DNA of 64,000 nt from Pyrinomonadaceae bacterium (GTDB taxonomy: Bacteria > Acidobacteriota > Blastocatellia > Pyrinomonadales > Pyrinomonadaceae). The notes beneath the pieces are model-generated. The model was not told the origin of the DNA, did not search any database, and worked only from the letters and a program-made list of their open reading frames with translations. This document shows, piece after piece, positions 1-9,291 of this stretch. The position numbers and the translations under genes were made by a program. The stretch spans positions 9,966 through 73,965 of the forward strand of contig JBOGOU010000513.1 of NCBI GenBank assembly GCA_050748205.1, in the 5' to 3' direction. Numbering within the stretch: position 1 is the stretch's first letter; every line of letters starts with the position of its first letter.

Positions 1-1366
1 GCGATATAACCAATGCGGAGCCGACGCTAAGCCGAAAACGGCCACGTCTTCCCCGAGTCGCCGTCTCTTTCAATGCCGATGTGAGATCAGTTCTTGTAGC
101 GCGGACGGCCGGGATGATGCCAAAGAGAAGCCCGGCGGCAAGCGAGATTCCGATGGTGAATCCGAGCACCGCAAAGTCCGGGTTAACATTCAGCGGCGCG
201 GTCTTGGCCAGGAGAGTAACTAAAACGCTGACAGCCCATTGCGCAAGAAAAATCCCACACATCCCTCCGATTACGGCAAGCAGAACACTCTCGGTGAGTA
301 GTTGGCGAATCAATCGAATGCGACTGGCCCCGAGCGCTTGTCGCAACGCGATTTCCGCTTGTCTTGCAGCGCCACGTGAAAGCAGCAGATTGCCGATATT
401 GGCGCAGGCTATCAACAACACCAGCAGCACGATCACCATCAGCATTTTCAAGGCTTCTGAATAGAAGAAACGCAATCCGGAAAGCCCGCGACCGCCTGGC
501 GCGAGCCGAACATATGAATTTTGTATACTTCGCCGGCGATCATCTGTTAACTGCGTTCCGGCTTGCTCGGTCAGGAATTGTTGTAGCTCCAGAGCGACAC
601 TGGCCTGGGCCTGTTCGATGTTGGTATTTGGCTTAAGCCGCCCCAGCATGTTTAGCCAGTAGACGGTTTCGTCCTTCAGGAATGAGTCCCGCATCCCTAT
701 CTGTGGCTGAAACGTAAGCGGCAACCAATAGTCCGGAGATCGTCGCACGCGCTCGCCGAAAAATTCGCGTGGCATGACACCAACAATTCTGAACGAGGTG
801 CCGTTCAGCACCACATCTTTGCCCACCGCTTGCTCGTCTTTGTTCCACTGCTGCTCCCAACAGCCGTAACTGATCACGGCTGCGGGTTGAGCATCAGGCG
901 CATCGTCTTCATTCCCAAGTACCCGGCCGTGCAAGGCACCGACACCGAGAACAGCAAAGTAATTACCGGAGACTAGATGACCCGATGCTCGCCGTGCGGC
1001 TCCACCACTCTGCGAGCCCACCTTCCACACACTCAGCCGGTCTTCGCCACTGCGAAAGGCGCTGAGTTCCTGGAAAGATGGATCATGATCTCGGAAATAA
1101 CGGTAGGCGGCATAAGAAAACAACCTCCATTCCCCGGTCGCCGGATCGCCTGTCGAGATCCCTTCACTTTCCGAATCGTTGAAGAGAACCAGGTCTTCAG
1201 GGGTTTTTACCGGCAGGGGTTTCAACAACACGGCATTAATTAATGTGAAGATGGCCGTGTTCGCTCCAATACCCAACGCGAGCGTAATCACCGCCACCAG
1301 GGTAAAGGCCGGACGCCTCAGTAACCCTCGGAGACCATAGCGAATGTCTTTCCAAATCGAGTCCAT
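1..1366 (-). CDS. ABC transporter permease, ADOP family (duplicated MacB_PCD+FtsX); N-terminal ~455 codons only, 3' end lies beyond the window start
   Basis: Minus-strand ATG at 1366 with GGAG upstream. My translation reads [40 protein letters not shown]... and later ...LLIACANIGNLLLSRGAARQAEIALRQALGASRIRLIRQLLTE, matching the 11 complete paralogs. The frame is open to base 2. It is missing from the ORF track only because it runs off the edge. Confidence 0.85.
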   Translation of the reverse strand, partial: MDSIWKDIRYGLRGLLRRPAFTLVAVITLALGIGANTAIFTLINAVLLKPLPVKTPEDLVLFNDSESEGISTGDPATGEWRLFSYAAYRYFRDHDPSFQELSAFRSGEDRLSVWKVGSQSGGAARRASGHLVSGNYFAVLGVGALHGRVLGNEDDAPDAQPAAVISYGCWEQQWNKDEQAVGKDVVLNGTSFRIVGVMPREFFGERVRRSPDYWLPLTFQPQIGMRDSFLKDETVYWLNMLGRLKPNTNIEQAQASVALELQQFLTEQAGTQLTDDRRRSIQNSYVRLAPGGRGLSGLRFFYSEALKMLMVIVLLVLLIACANIGNLLLSRGAARQAEIALRQALGASRIRLIRQLLTESVLLAVIGGMCGIFLAQWAVSVLVTLLAKTAPLNVNPDFAVLGFTIGISLAAGLLFGIIPAVRATRTDLTSALKETATRGRRGRFRLSVGSALVIS

Positions 1367-1470
1367 GTGCTCCAATCTCCTATTCCGTGAATCAATTTTC
1401 AGCGAACATTGTCGATTGCCGATTAACTTGGTCTTCGCACTTTGTTGCTAACGTCTGCTCACTTGGCGGC

Positions 1471-1517
1471 GACGCTAATCTCAAATCCGAAATCCGCAAT
1501 CCGAAAATTCGAAATTC
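1471..1517. repeat. Heptad array, family A (GAAATCC type), single arm with polar module
   Basis: gacgctaatctcaaatccgaaatccgcaatccgaaaattcgaaattc ends 1 nt from the stop at 1519. Only a degenerate partner (attgtcgattgccgatta, about 1407-1425) is present. Confidence 0.8.
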
Positions 1518-1518
1518 T

Positions 1519-3981
1519 TCATTCGTATCGCAGCGCCACCAATGGATCGACCTTTGTCGCTCGGCGTGCCGGGACCAGACAAGCGACGAGAGCCACGAGC
1601 ACAAGCAACAAAGGAAACACTATGAAAGTCGTCACGTCGTAAGCGCTGACCCCAATCAATACTGACGAAAGGACACGGGCAAGGGCGAACGACAAGGCCA
1701 GCCCGATTACCACTCCGACTAGCGCCAACTTCATGCCCTGATTCGTGATCAGCTTCAATACATCACCGCGTCTTGCCCCGAGCGCCATGCGAATGCCGAC
1801 TTCGCGTGTGCGCTGCGATACGACATAGGCCATGACGCTGTAGAGCCCAACCGCGGACAACAACAGCGCTACTACTGCAAACGACAATGACAGAGTCGCT
1901 GCCATGTTCGGCGCCCAAAGTGCCCAGGTCATGTGTTCGTTCATCGTCTTAATCGCAAATAAAGGAATGCGCGGATCAAGCGCCTGCACTTCGTTGCGAA
2001 TCGCGCCGACTAGATTGCGCGGATCGCCATCAGTGCGGACCATCAACGTCATGCTCCCAGGGCTGCGCTGCTCTAGTGGATAGTACAAATAGGGACGCGG
2101 ATCTTCTGCGAGTGCTCGGTACTTGCCGGTTTTCACCACCCCAACCACTTCAATCGCGTCAGGACTATTGGGACCGATGAAGATACGCTTGCCAACAGCG
2201 CTCTCACCCGGCCAAAGCATTTGCGCCATCCTTTCGTTGACGATGACGACGCGCTGCGCGCCCTTGCGATCGCGGTCATCAAAATCGCGACCAGCGATCA
2301 TGGGGATCTGTAATGTCTTGAAGTGTCCAGGGCTGATGACGTTGGTCAGGATAGTACGGCCAGCGCTTCCCGGGCTTAGTGTTTCGCCCTCTTTCAAGAC
2401 GGGGCCGTTTGAATTGGAGCTGTCTCCCAAAGGCACCAAACGCGCGAGGCTGGCAGCCTGCACGCCGGGCAAGTTGCCTGCGCGTTCCGCAATTTGGCGA
2501 AAGAAAGTCTTTGTCTGTTCCTCGTTATAGCCAACCAGTTCCGGATTCAATGAAACCAGCAGCGCGCTCCTGGCTGAAAAGCCCGGATCCATTGTCTGTG
2601 CGTTGCGAAAACTCTTGATGAAGAGTCCGGCACAAACCAGCACCACGAGCGATAAGGCAACCTGGCCCACAACCAGGGAGTTCCGCAGCGAAAGCCGGCG
2701 ACGTTTGCCTGATTGTCCTGTACCTACATCGCCCTTCAGTACCGGTACGATCTCAGGATTCGACGCGTGCCATGCCGGCGCGAGACCAAAGATCAACCCC
2801 GTAGCTAATGAAACAACCAACGTGAATACAAGGGCGCTCTCGTCGAGCGCAAAGAAATCGTTGACCACGTTGTAGGGCAAAACCGGAACGAAGCCTTGCA
2901 TCAGACCCGTTACCCAATTAGCCAGCAAGAGTCCTAGTCCGCCACCCATCAGTGAGAGCAGCAGGCTTTCAGTCAGCAGTTGACGAAGCAGACGTACGCG
3001 ACTAGCTCCCAGTGCCACACGGACGCCGATTTCTCTCCGGCGTGAGGCTGCGCGTGCCAACAGCAGGTTCGCGACGTTCGCGCACGCAATAAGCAGAATG
3101 AGACAAACTATCGCCATGGCGATGGCTGATGCGCTTTTCATGATTCGTGACGCGTCGCCCCAACGCCCGTCAACCTCTGTCCGCACCACTACTGCGGTGT
3201 TACTTGCTCGATCGGTTGGGTAGGCCCGGTTCAAACGTTGCGCGATTGCCGACATTTCCGCACTAGCCTGCGTCCGAGTAACGCCTGGCTTCAGCCGGGC
3301 GAACATATTCATCCAGTGGTCGCCACGCGAACTCAACAAATCTGGTGCGTGCTGGAGGTCTTCAACCATCATCATGGGCGTCCAGAAGTCGAGGGAAAGA
3401 CCACTTTTCGTTCCCTTGAAAGATGCGGGCGCAACTCCAATCACGCTATAAGTGCGGTTGTTCAGCTCGATCGTTTTCCCGACAATGTTCGGATCAGATG
3501 AGAGGCGACGCTGCCATAGGCTGTGACTGATCACGAGGACGGGTTTTTCGCCACGCGTCTTATCTTCGTCAGGCGCAAAGGGGCGGCCCATAAATGGCTT
3601 CACTCGCAAGACCTCAAAGTAGTTTCCACTAACCACCTGGCCCCAGATGACGTCATTTTGATTCTGGGTGCTTATTGCTGCCTGTGCCAGGTCTTCGGCT
3701 ACGATTCCTTCAAAGACCGTGTTTTGATCTCGATAGTCGACATAGTCGGGATAAGAGAAACTGTCATTGAGGCCGCGATCGTCGGTTGTCTCGAACGGCC
3801 GGACCAGTTGCTCTGGTTCGGGTACCGGCAACGGGCGCAAAACAAACGCGCTGACGCCGCTGAAGATCGCCGCGTTTGCGCCGATACCGAGGGCGAGCGC
3901 GAGCACGGCCACTATCGTGGTGCCCGGCGCCTTCGCCAGCATGCGAATTCCGTAACGAAGGTCTTGCCAGAATGTCTGCAT
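1519..3981 (-). CDS. ABC transporter permease, ADOP family
   Basis: ORF 1519..4071. I moved the start to ATG 3981 (MQTFWQDLRYGIRMLAKAPG) because the 30 upstream codons only translate the heptamer repeat (..NPKSAIRN..). It has two [12 protein letters not shown]/FtsX blocks and ends [15 protein letters not shown]. Confidence 0.9.
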   Translation of the reverse strand: MQTFWQDLRYGIRMLAKAPGTTIVAVLALALGIGANAAIFSGVSAFVLRPLPVPEPEQLVRPFETTDDRGLNDSFSYPDYVDYRDQNTVFEGIVAEDLAQAAISTQNQNDVIWGQVVSGNYFEVLRVKPFMGRPFAPDEDKTRGEKPVLVISHSLWQRRLSSDPNIVGKTIELNNRTYSVIGVAPASFKGTKSGLSLDFWTPMMMVEDLQHAPDLLSSRGDHWMNMFARLKPGVTRTQASAEMSAIAQRLNRAYPTDRASNTAVVVRTEVDGRWGDASRIMKSASAIAMAIVCLILLIACANVANLLLARAASRRREIGVRVALGASRVRLLRQLLTESLLLSLMGGGLGLLLANWVTGLMQGFVPVLPYNVVNDFFALDESALVFTLVVSLATGLIFGLAPAWHASNPEIVPVLKGDVGTGQSGKRRRLSLRNSLVVGQVALSLVVLVCAGLFIKSFRNAQTMDPGFSARSALLVSLNPELVGYNEEQTKTFFRQIAERAGNLPGVQAASLARLVPLGDSSNSNGPVLKEGETLSPGSAGRTILTNVISPGHFKTLQIPMIAGRDFDDRDRKGAQRVVIVNERMAQMLWPGESAVGKRIFIGPNSPDAIEVVGVVKTGKYRALAEDPRPYLYYPLEQRSPGSMTLMVRTDGDPRNLVGAIRNEVQALDPRIPLFAIKTMNEHMTWALWAPNMAATLSLSFAVVALLLSAVGLYSVMAYVVSQRTREVGIRMALGARRGDVLKLITNQGMKLALVGVVIGLALSFALARVLSSVLIGVSAYDVTTFIVFPLLLVLVALVACLVPARRATKVDPLVALRYE

Positions 3982-3990
3982 AGCGTCTCC

Positions 3991-4150
3991 AAATTGCCGA
4001 TTTCGGATTGCGGATTTCGGATTTTGTCTGAACCAATGTCGATTTATTCCGGGTCGAGTCTTTGTTGGCATTGCTCAGAACTTGTCAAACAGAATGCTAT
4101 TCGGTTGCACTACACAAATTTCGAAATCCGCAATCCGAAATCCGAAATTC
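3991..4150. repeat. Heptad-zipper element, family A, full copy
   Basis: The left arm is 3991-4025 (aaattgccgatttcggattgcggatttcggatttt). The right arm is 4116-4150 (aaatttcgaaatccgcaatccgaaatccgaaattc). They share 20 nt of perfect complementarity (atttcggattgcggatttcg) across a spacer of about 90 nt. Confidence 0.9.
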
Positions 4151-4157
4151 CTATGCC

Positions 4158-6596
4158 TCACTCGTAGCGCAGTGCCACCAGCGGATCGACTCTTGTGGCG
4201 CGGCGGGCCGGGAGGTAACAAGCAATTAGAGTGATCACAAACAAGCCAATTGCTACCGCTGCAAAAACGCTCGTGTCGGTCGTAGTTACTTCAAACAAAA
4301 GCGACACCATCAATCTGGTAAGTCCGAAAGACGCGATCAAGCCGGCTGCCACGCCGATTACTCCAAGGACGATGCCCTGTCTTACGACAAGTTTGAGCAC
4401 ATCGCTGTATTGAGCGCCCAAGGCCATGCGCAAACCGATTTCGTGAGTGCGCTGCAGCACGGAATAAGACATGACGCCGTAAATTCCCACCGCCGCCATC
4501 ACCAGGGCAACAAACGAAAAGACCGAGAGCAGTGTGGTATTGAAGCGCGACCGGGCAATGGACTTCGCAAGCAGACTGTCCATCGTGCTGACTTCACCAA
4601 TAGGTTGTTCGGGGTCGAGACCATGAATTACGTTTCGCGCAGCCGGCGCAATATTTAGAGCATCGCCTCGCGTTCTGATTACCACGGTCATGTACGGATA
4701 GGTCAGCTCCGGGTGGGCCCAGTAGGACATCGGTTCGATCTCCGCATCGAGGCCCATGTGTTTGTTGTCGCCGACGACCCCGATAATCTCCGAGGGGACA
4801 TTTTCGTCCTTCATGTCAATCGTTACTCGTTTGCCAATTGGATCTACCCCGGGCAAATACTTGCGCGCGAATGTCTCGTTAACGACGACGACGTGGCGCA
4901 TTTCACTCGCCTCTTGATCGGTGAAGAAGCGGCCCCGCTTGAGTGGGATCTGCATCGCCTGAAAATAGTATGCGTCGGTAACGCAGACACCGGTGATCAG
5001 TCCCTGGCCGGGCGGCAACTTTGGCTGGCCCTCGATTTCTACTCCTGTGCCCGAATGCGGTCCGGTGAACGGAAGAGTATTGATCGCTCCCACGGCCTCG
5101 ACTCCGGGAAGAGCTCGTACTTGCTCCACAGCTCGTCTGAAGAAATCGATTCGCTTGCTCTCGGTGTCATACTTTCTCATCGGCAGGCTGACACGCATCG
5201 TTAATAGGCTCTTTGGATTGAATCCAGGATCCACTGACTGCAGGCGGTTGAGGCTCTTCATGAGCAGACCGGCGCCCACGAGCAATACCAGGGCGAGAGC
5301 TACCTGGGTAACAACGAAGAGATTGCGGAAGCGATGACTACGCGCACCGCCGCCTATGTTTTTTACGCCTTCCTTAAGTGCTTCCTGGAGGTTGAAGCGT
5401 GCAGCCTCGAGCGCCGGCACCAGCCCGAAAAAGATTCCAGTCAGCAAAGACACGCCAAGTGTGAATCCCAGGACCGGGAGGTTCACTCTTACGTTACGGA
5501 GATCGATAAGCTCAGGCGGGCTGAGAGCGAGGAGAGCCTGCGTCCCCCACCACGCTACGAGCAAACCCAGCGCGGCTCCTAGTCCTGACAGGAGCACACT
5601 CTCGGTCAACAACTGCCGGACAATACGCCAGCGACTGGCGCCGAGCCCTGCTCTCACTGCTATCTCTCTTCTCCGTGAGGCAGCACGCGCCAGCAGGAGA
5701 TTTGCCACGTTCGCGCAGGCAATCAATAAGACAAAACCTACAGCGCCGAGCAAAATCAGCAACGGCTTGCGGATCTCACCGGTAAATTGAGCGCGCAGGG
5801 GAACAACGGTCACGCCCCACTTGGTGTTGAATTCCGGGTATTGCCCCTCGAGCCTCGCGCCAATGGTGTCCATCTCGCTCTGTGCCTGGGCAAACGTGAC
5901 ACCGGGCTTTAGGCGGGCCACAGCGCGGGCGAAGCGACCTTGACGCTGGCGCAATTCGTTTGAGACTTGCCACGGTGACCACATTTCCGCTGCCTTGTTG
6001 GTCATCGAGCCCTTCTGTATGTGCCACGCAAAATCGGCAGGTAAGACACCGATGATTGTGTTCTCCTGATTGTTTAGAGTGATCTTGCGACCAACGATCT
6101 GGGCGTCTCCACCAAAACGCCGTTGCCACAGTCCGTAGCTGATGACGATTACATTCGGCTGCCCTGTTTTGCCATCATCAGGTGCGAATGTACGTCCCAG
6201 AATTGAATTGACACCCAACAGAGAAAAGAGATTTGTCGTGGCAATTTGTCCCGGCACTTCTTCGGGTTCACCATTGCCTGTCAGATTAAGGGTGAGATCG
6301 AAAAACGCCGCCATGTCGGAGAAGACCGTGTTCTGCTCTTTCCAGTCGAAGAAGTTACCCAGATTAATCACGTTCTGCACGTCGGTCTTGCCCTTTTGTT
6401 TCTTCTCCCAGACGACTACCAGCCGTTCGGCGTCTGTATAGGGCAAGGCGCGCAGCAACACCGCATGGACCACACTAAAAATCGCAGTGTTAGCGCCAAT
6501 CCCGAGGGTCAAGGCGATCACCGCCACTAGAGTCACCACCGGGTTCTTCAGCAACATTCGCGCCCCAAACCGCAGGTCTTGCCACAATGTGTGCAT
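4158..6596 (-). CDS. ABC transporter permease, ADOP family
   Basis: 812 aa, MHTLWQDLRFGARMLLKNP ... [42 protein letters not shown] ... [26 protein letters not shown] lies about 5 nt upstream of the ATG. Confidence 0.92.
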   Translation of the reverse strand: MHTLWQDLRFGARMLLKNPVVTLVAVIALTLGIGANTAIFSVVHAVLLRALPYTDAERLVVVWEKKQKGKTDVQNVINLGNFFDWKEQNTVFSDMAAFFDLTLNLTGNGEPEEVPGQIATTNLFSLLGVNSILGRTFAPDDGKTGQPNVIVISYGLWQRRFGGDAQIVGRKITLNNQENTIIGVLPADFAWHIQKGSMTNKAAEMWSPWQVSNELRQRQGRFARAVARLKPGVTFAQAQSEMDTIGARLEGQYPEFNTKWGVTVVPLRAQFTGEIRKPLLILLGAVGFVLLIACANVANLLLARAASRRREIAVRAGLGASRWRIVRQLLTESVLLSGLGAALGLLVAWWGTQALLALSPPELIDLRNVRVNLPVLGFTLGVSLLTGIFFGLVPALEAARFNLQEALKEGVKNIGGGARSHRFRNLFVVTQVALALVLLVGAGLLMKSLNRLQSVDPGFNPKSLLTMRVSLPMRKYDTESKRIDFFRRAVEQVRALPGVEAVGAINTLPFTGPHSGTGVEIEGQPKLPPGQGLITGVCVTDAYYFQAMQIPLKRGRFFTDQEASEMRHVVVVNETFARKYLPGVDPIGKRVTIDMKDENVPSEIIGVVGDNKHMGLDAEIEPMSYWAHPELTYPYMTVVIRTRGDALNIAPAARNVIHGLDPEQPIGEVSTMDSLLAKSIARSRFNTTLLSVFSFVALVMAAVGIYGVMSYSVLQRTHEIGLRMALGAQYSDVLKLVVRQGIVLGVIGVAAGLIASFGLTRLMVSLLFEVTTTDTSVFAAVAIGLFVITLIACYLPARRATRVDPLVALRYE

Positions 6597-6620
6597 GTCA
6601 CTCTCCCGTAAAATCCAACT

Positions 6621-6655
6621 GGCTATAGGTCCAAAAAGTCCTATAGGTCCTATAA
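6621..6655. repeat. 9-nt tandem repeat, family B (TATAGGTCC / CCTATAGGA)
   Basis: ggctataggtccaaaaagtcctataggtcctataa, 10 nt from the stop at 6666. Confidence 0.85.
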
Positions 6656-6665
6656 CGCAATTCCT

Positions 6666-9074
6666 TCACTCATACCGCAGCGCCACCAGCGGATCGACTC
6701 TCGTGGCTCTGCGCGCGGGGATCCACGACGCAAACAGCCCGATAACAGTTAGCAACATCGAAATCGCAATAAGCGTTACGGGGTCGTTCGCGCTGACACC
6801 GAACAAGAGACCCTTCATCAACCGCGTCAAAGCAAGCGACGCCATTAGTCCAAGCCCGATTCCGGTCAGCGCCAGCACTAACCCCTGGCCCATGATCAAT
6901 CGCATCACGTCACCGGCCTGTGCGCCCAGAGCCATGCGTAAACCGATTTCGTGTGTTCGTTGCCTGGTCGAATAATTGATGGATCCATAAACCCCGATAC
7001 CAGCCAGCGTCAGGGCCAGGACAGCAAACGAGACGAGCAGAAACAGATTGAAGCGGCGCTGTCTCAGTGAATCATTAACGAGCTGGTCCATCGTCGCGGT
7101 TTTCGAGAATGTCTGATTAGGGTTGATTTGACGGATGGCTGTCTTCACAGCCGGCAGCACTGCCGCGGGGTCGGCTGTTGTCTTTACCACGAACGTCATT
7201 TGCACGGTCGGACTTTGGTGATAAGTAACGAACATCTCCGGTCGCGGGTTAGCGTCGAGCCCGCTATGCAGAACGTCGCCTATGACTCCAACAATTTCTC
7301 GCTCGACTGTCTGATCGAACATCACCGTAAGTCTCTTGCCCACCGGGTCTTCATCAGGGAAGAAACGACGCGCCATCGTCTCGTTTATGACGACGACCTG
7401 CGCTGAATCTTCTTTGTCGAACTTTGTGAAAAAACGACCACGTCGCACCGGGACGCTCATCGTGCTTAGATAATCGTTTGAGACTTCGATGTAGAAGGCG
7501 CTCGGTTCCTTTCCCTTTGGTGGCCCAGGTCTGCCGTGAATGGTGAACGGAGCGTCTTGTTCCAAATTGACAAAGGGCGGGCTGGAAACTAAGGCCGCCG
7601 ACTGCACGCCGGGCACAGACTGGACCTTCTCGAGCGTCTGGTCGAAAAACCCAGTGATCTGCTCGGGCTTCTGGTAGGTCCTGCTCAAGAAAACCTGCAG
7701 AGCAAGCAGGCGCTCTTTATCAAACCCCGGGTCAACTTGCTGCAAGGCCACGAAACTCCTGACGAGCAGACCAGCACCAGTCAATAGCACCAGAGCGACG
7801 GCTACTTCCGCCACCACCAGTGAATTCCGCACCCAGTAACCCGTCGAACCACCAACTGCGCCGCGTTCACCTTCTTTCAGAGTTGATTGAAGGTTGGGCC
7901 GCGAGAATTGAGTTGCGGGAATCAAACCGAAGATGATTGCTGTGAGAACCGAAACTGCCAGCGCAAATAACATCACCCGGGCATCTACGTTGACAGACTC
8001 GATGCGGGGAATTTTTGCAGAGTTGAAAGCGAGGATTAGCCTGACTCCCCACGAACCCAGTAGCAGACCGCCAACGCCTCCCAACAATGCGAGCAAGAGG
8101 CTCTCGGTCAACAACTGGCGAACCAAACGAACGCGCGCAGCGCCCAGCGCCGATCGAATCGCAAACTCCCGCTGTCTTTCAGCGCCGCGTACTAGAAGTA
8201 AGTTGGCGACGTTTCCGCAAGCGATCAAAAGCACGAAACCGACCGCCCCTAACAAAATCCACAGTGCTGATCTCACGTGGCCGGTCAGTTGTTCAGACAA
8301 GAGCACGACCGTCGCACCCATCCCGCCATTCGTATCCGGATACTCTGAGGCAAGCCGCGCCGCAATACCGCTCATTTCGCCTTGCGCCTGATCGACTGTG
8401 GTCCCCGGTTTCAATCTCGCGATCACATTCCAGTAGGTGGGGCCGCGCAACTGTCTATCGCTTTCTCGCAACACACGGGGCGCCCAGACTTCTCTGTCGG
8501 GCGGAAACTGAAACTCGGCCGGCATGATTCCGACGACGCTGTAAGGCTGACCGTTTAGTGTCAACTTTTGTCCAATTAAATTTTGATCGCCGCCGAAGCG
8601 CCGCTGCCATAAGCTCTGGCTGATTACCACAACGCGTTCGTTGCCTGGCCGGTAATCCTCTGCACTGAAGGTTCGACCGTGAAGCGCACTCGAGCCGAGC
8701 GTTTCAAAGAAACCTTCTGTCACGAGCCAGGCTGGGAACCTTTCCGGCTCGCCATTGCCTATTAAGCTGAAACCAAATGGCTCGACGCCCGCCATCGCTT
8801 CAAACGACCGGCTCTGTTCACGCCAGTCGAGGAAATTAGCAGGCGACACATCATTACGGGGCACACCAGCCTTCGCATTGTTTTGCCAAAGCGTGACGAT
8901 GCGTTCGGAGTCACGATAAGGAAGTGGGCGAAGGAGAACCGCATTCACAACACTGAAGATCGCCGTGTTTGCTCCGATGCCGAGCGCAAGCGTGATCACT
9001 GCAAACAAAGTAAAGGCAGGTCGCTTTAGCAGGCTTCTGACTCCGTAGCGAACGTCACGAAATAAGGTTTCCAT
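6666..9074 (-). CDS. ABC transporter permease, ADOP family
   Basis: 802 aa, METLFRDVRYGVRSLLKRPAFT ... [15 protein letters not shown]. Duplicated FtsX architecture. GGGGGA SD upstream. Confidence 0.92.
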   Translation of the reverse strand: METLFRDVRYGVRSLLKRPAFTLFAVITLALGIGANTAIFSVVNAVLLRPLPYRDSERIVTLWQNNAKAGVPRNDVSPANFLDWREQSRSFEAMAGVEPFGFSLIGNGEPERFPAWLVTEGFFETLGSSALHGRTFSAEDYRPGNERVVVISQSLWQRRFGGDQNLIGQKLTLNGQPYSVVGIMPAEFQFPPDREVWAPRVLRESDRQLRGPTYWNVIARLKPGTTVDQAQGEMSGIAARLASEYPDTNGGMGATVVLLSEQLTGHVRSALWILLGAVGFVLLIACGNVANLLLVRGAERQREFAIRSALGAARVRLVRQLLTESLLLALLGGVGGLLLGSWGVRLILAFNSAKIPRIESVNVDARVMLFALAVSVLTAIIFGLIPATQFSRPNLQSTLKEGERGAVGGSTGYWVRNSLVVAEVAVALVLLTGAGLLVRSFVALQQVDPGFDKERLLALQVFLSRTYQKPEQITGFFDQTLEKVQSVPGVQSAALVSSPPFVNLEQDAPFTIHGRPGPPKGKEPSAFYIEVSNDYLSTMSVPVRRGRFFTKFDKEDSAQVVVINETMARRFFPDEDPVGKRLTVMFDQTVEREIVGVIGDVLHSGLDANPRPEMFVTYHQSPTVQMTFVVKTTADPAAVLPAVKTAIRQINPNQTFSKTATMDQLVNDSLRQRRFNLFLLVSFAVLALTLAGIGVYGSINYSTRQRTHEIGLRMALGAQAGDVMRLIMGQGLVLALTGIGLGLMASLALTRLMKGLLFGVSANDPVTLIAISMLLTVIGLFASWIPARRATRVDPLVALRYE

Positions 9075-9094
9075 AGCGAATCCCCCACTTCAAT

Positions 9095-9124
9095 GCCAAT
9101 TGCCGATTGCCAATTGCCGATTTT
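9095..9124. repeat. Heptad array (GCCRATT x4)
   Basis: gccaattgccgattgccaattgccgatttt, 20-50 nt upstream of ATG 9074. Confidence 0.85.
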
Positions 9125-9288
9125 GGAGTGCGCCGGCAGAGCGAAGCGGCGACGGCGCTTTTGTCCGATAAACTTCAGTTTGTCTCTCTGGGGCGAAACC
9201 AGATTCCATCGAAGCATCGACAAACTGAAGTTTATCGGACAAATCCAAAGCGGTGTCGCGCTAGCGCTTGCCACCGCACTCCACAAAA
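9121..9288. repeat. Nested palindromic element, family C
   Basis: The outer arms are 9121-9163 and 9246-9288 (ttttggagtgcgccggcagagcgaagcggcgacggcgcttttg / caaagcggtgtcgcgctagcgcttgccaccgcactccacaaaa). The inner inverted repeat is a perfect 22 bp, 9163-9184 against 9219-9240. Confidence 0.9.
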
Positions 9289-9291
9289 GGC

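Noticed and set aside
3982-4071. N-terminal extensions of several ORF-track entries: 3982-4071, 11752-11757, 26158-26178, 42783-42869, 49296-49469, 57646-57810 and 62200-62226.
   Set aside because: The extensions translate repeat elements (for example NPKSAIRN, KSEIRCSKS) or lack an SD. Internal ATGs with GGAG-type SDs give N-termini matching the paralogs or families.
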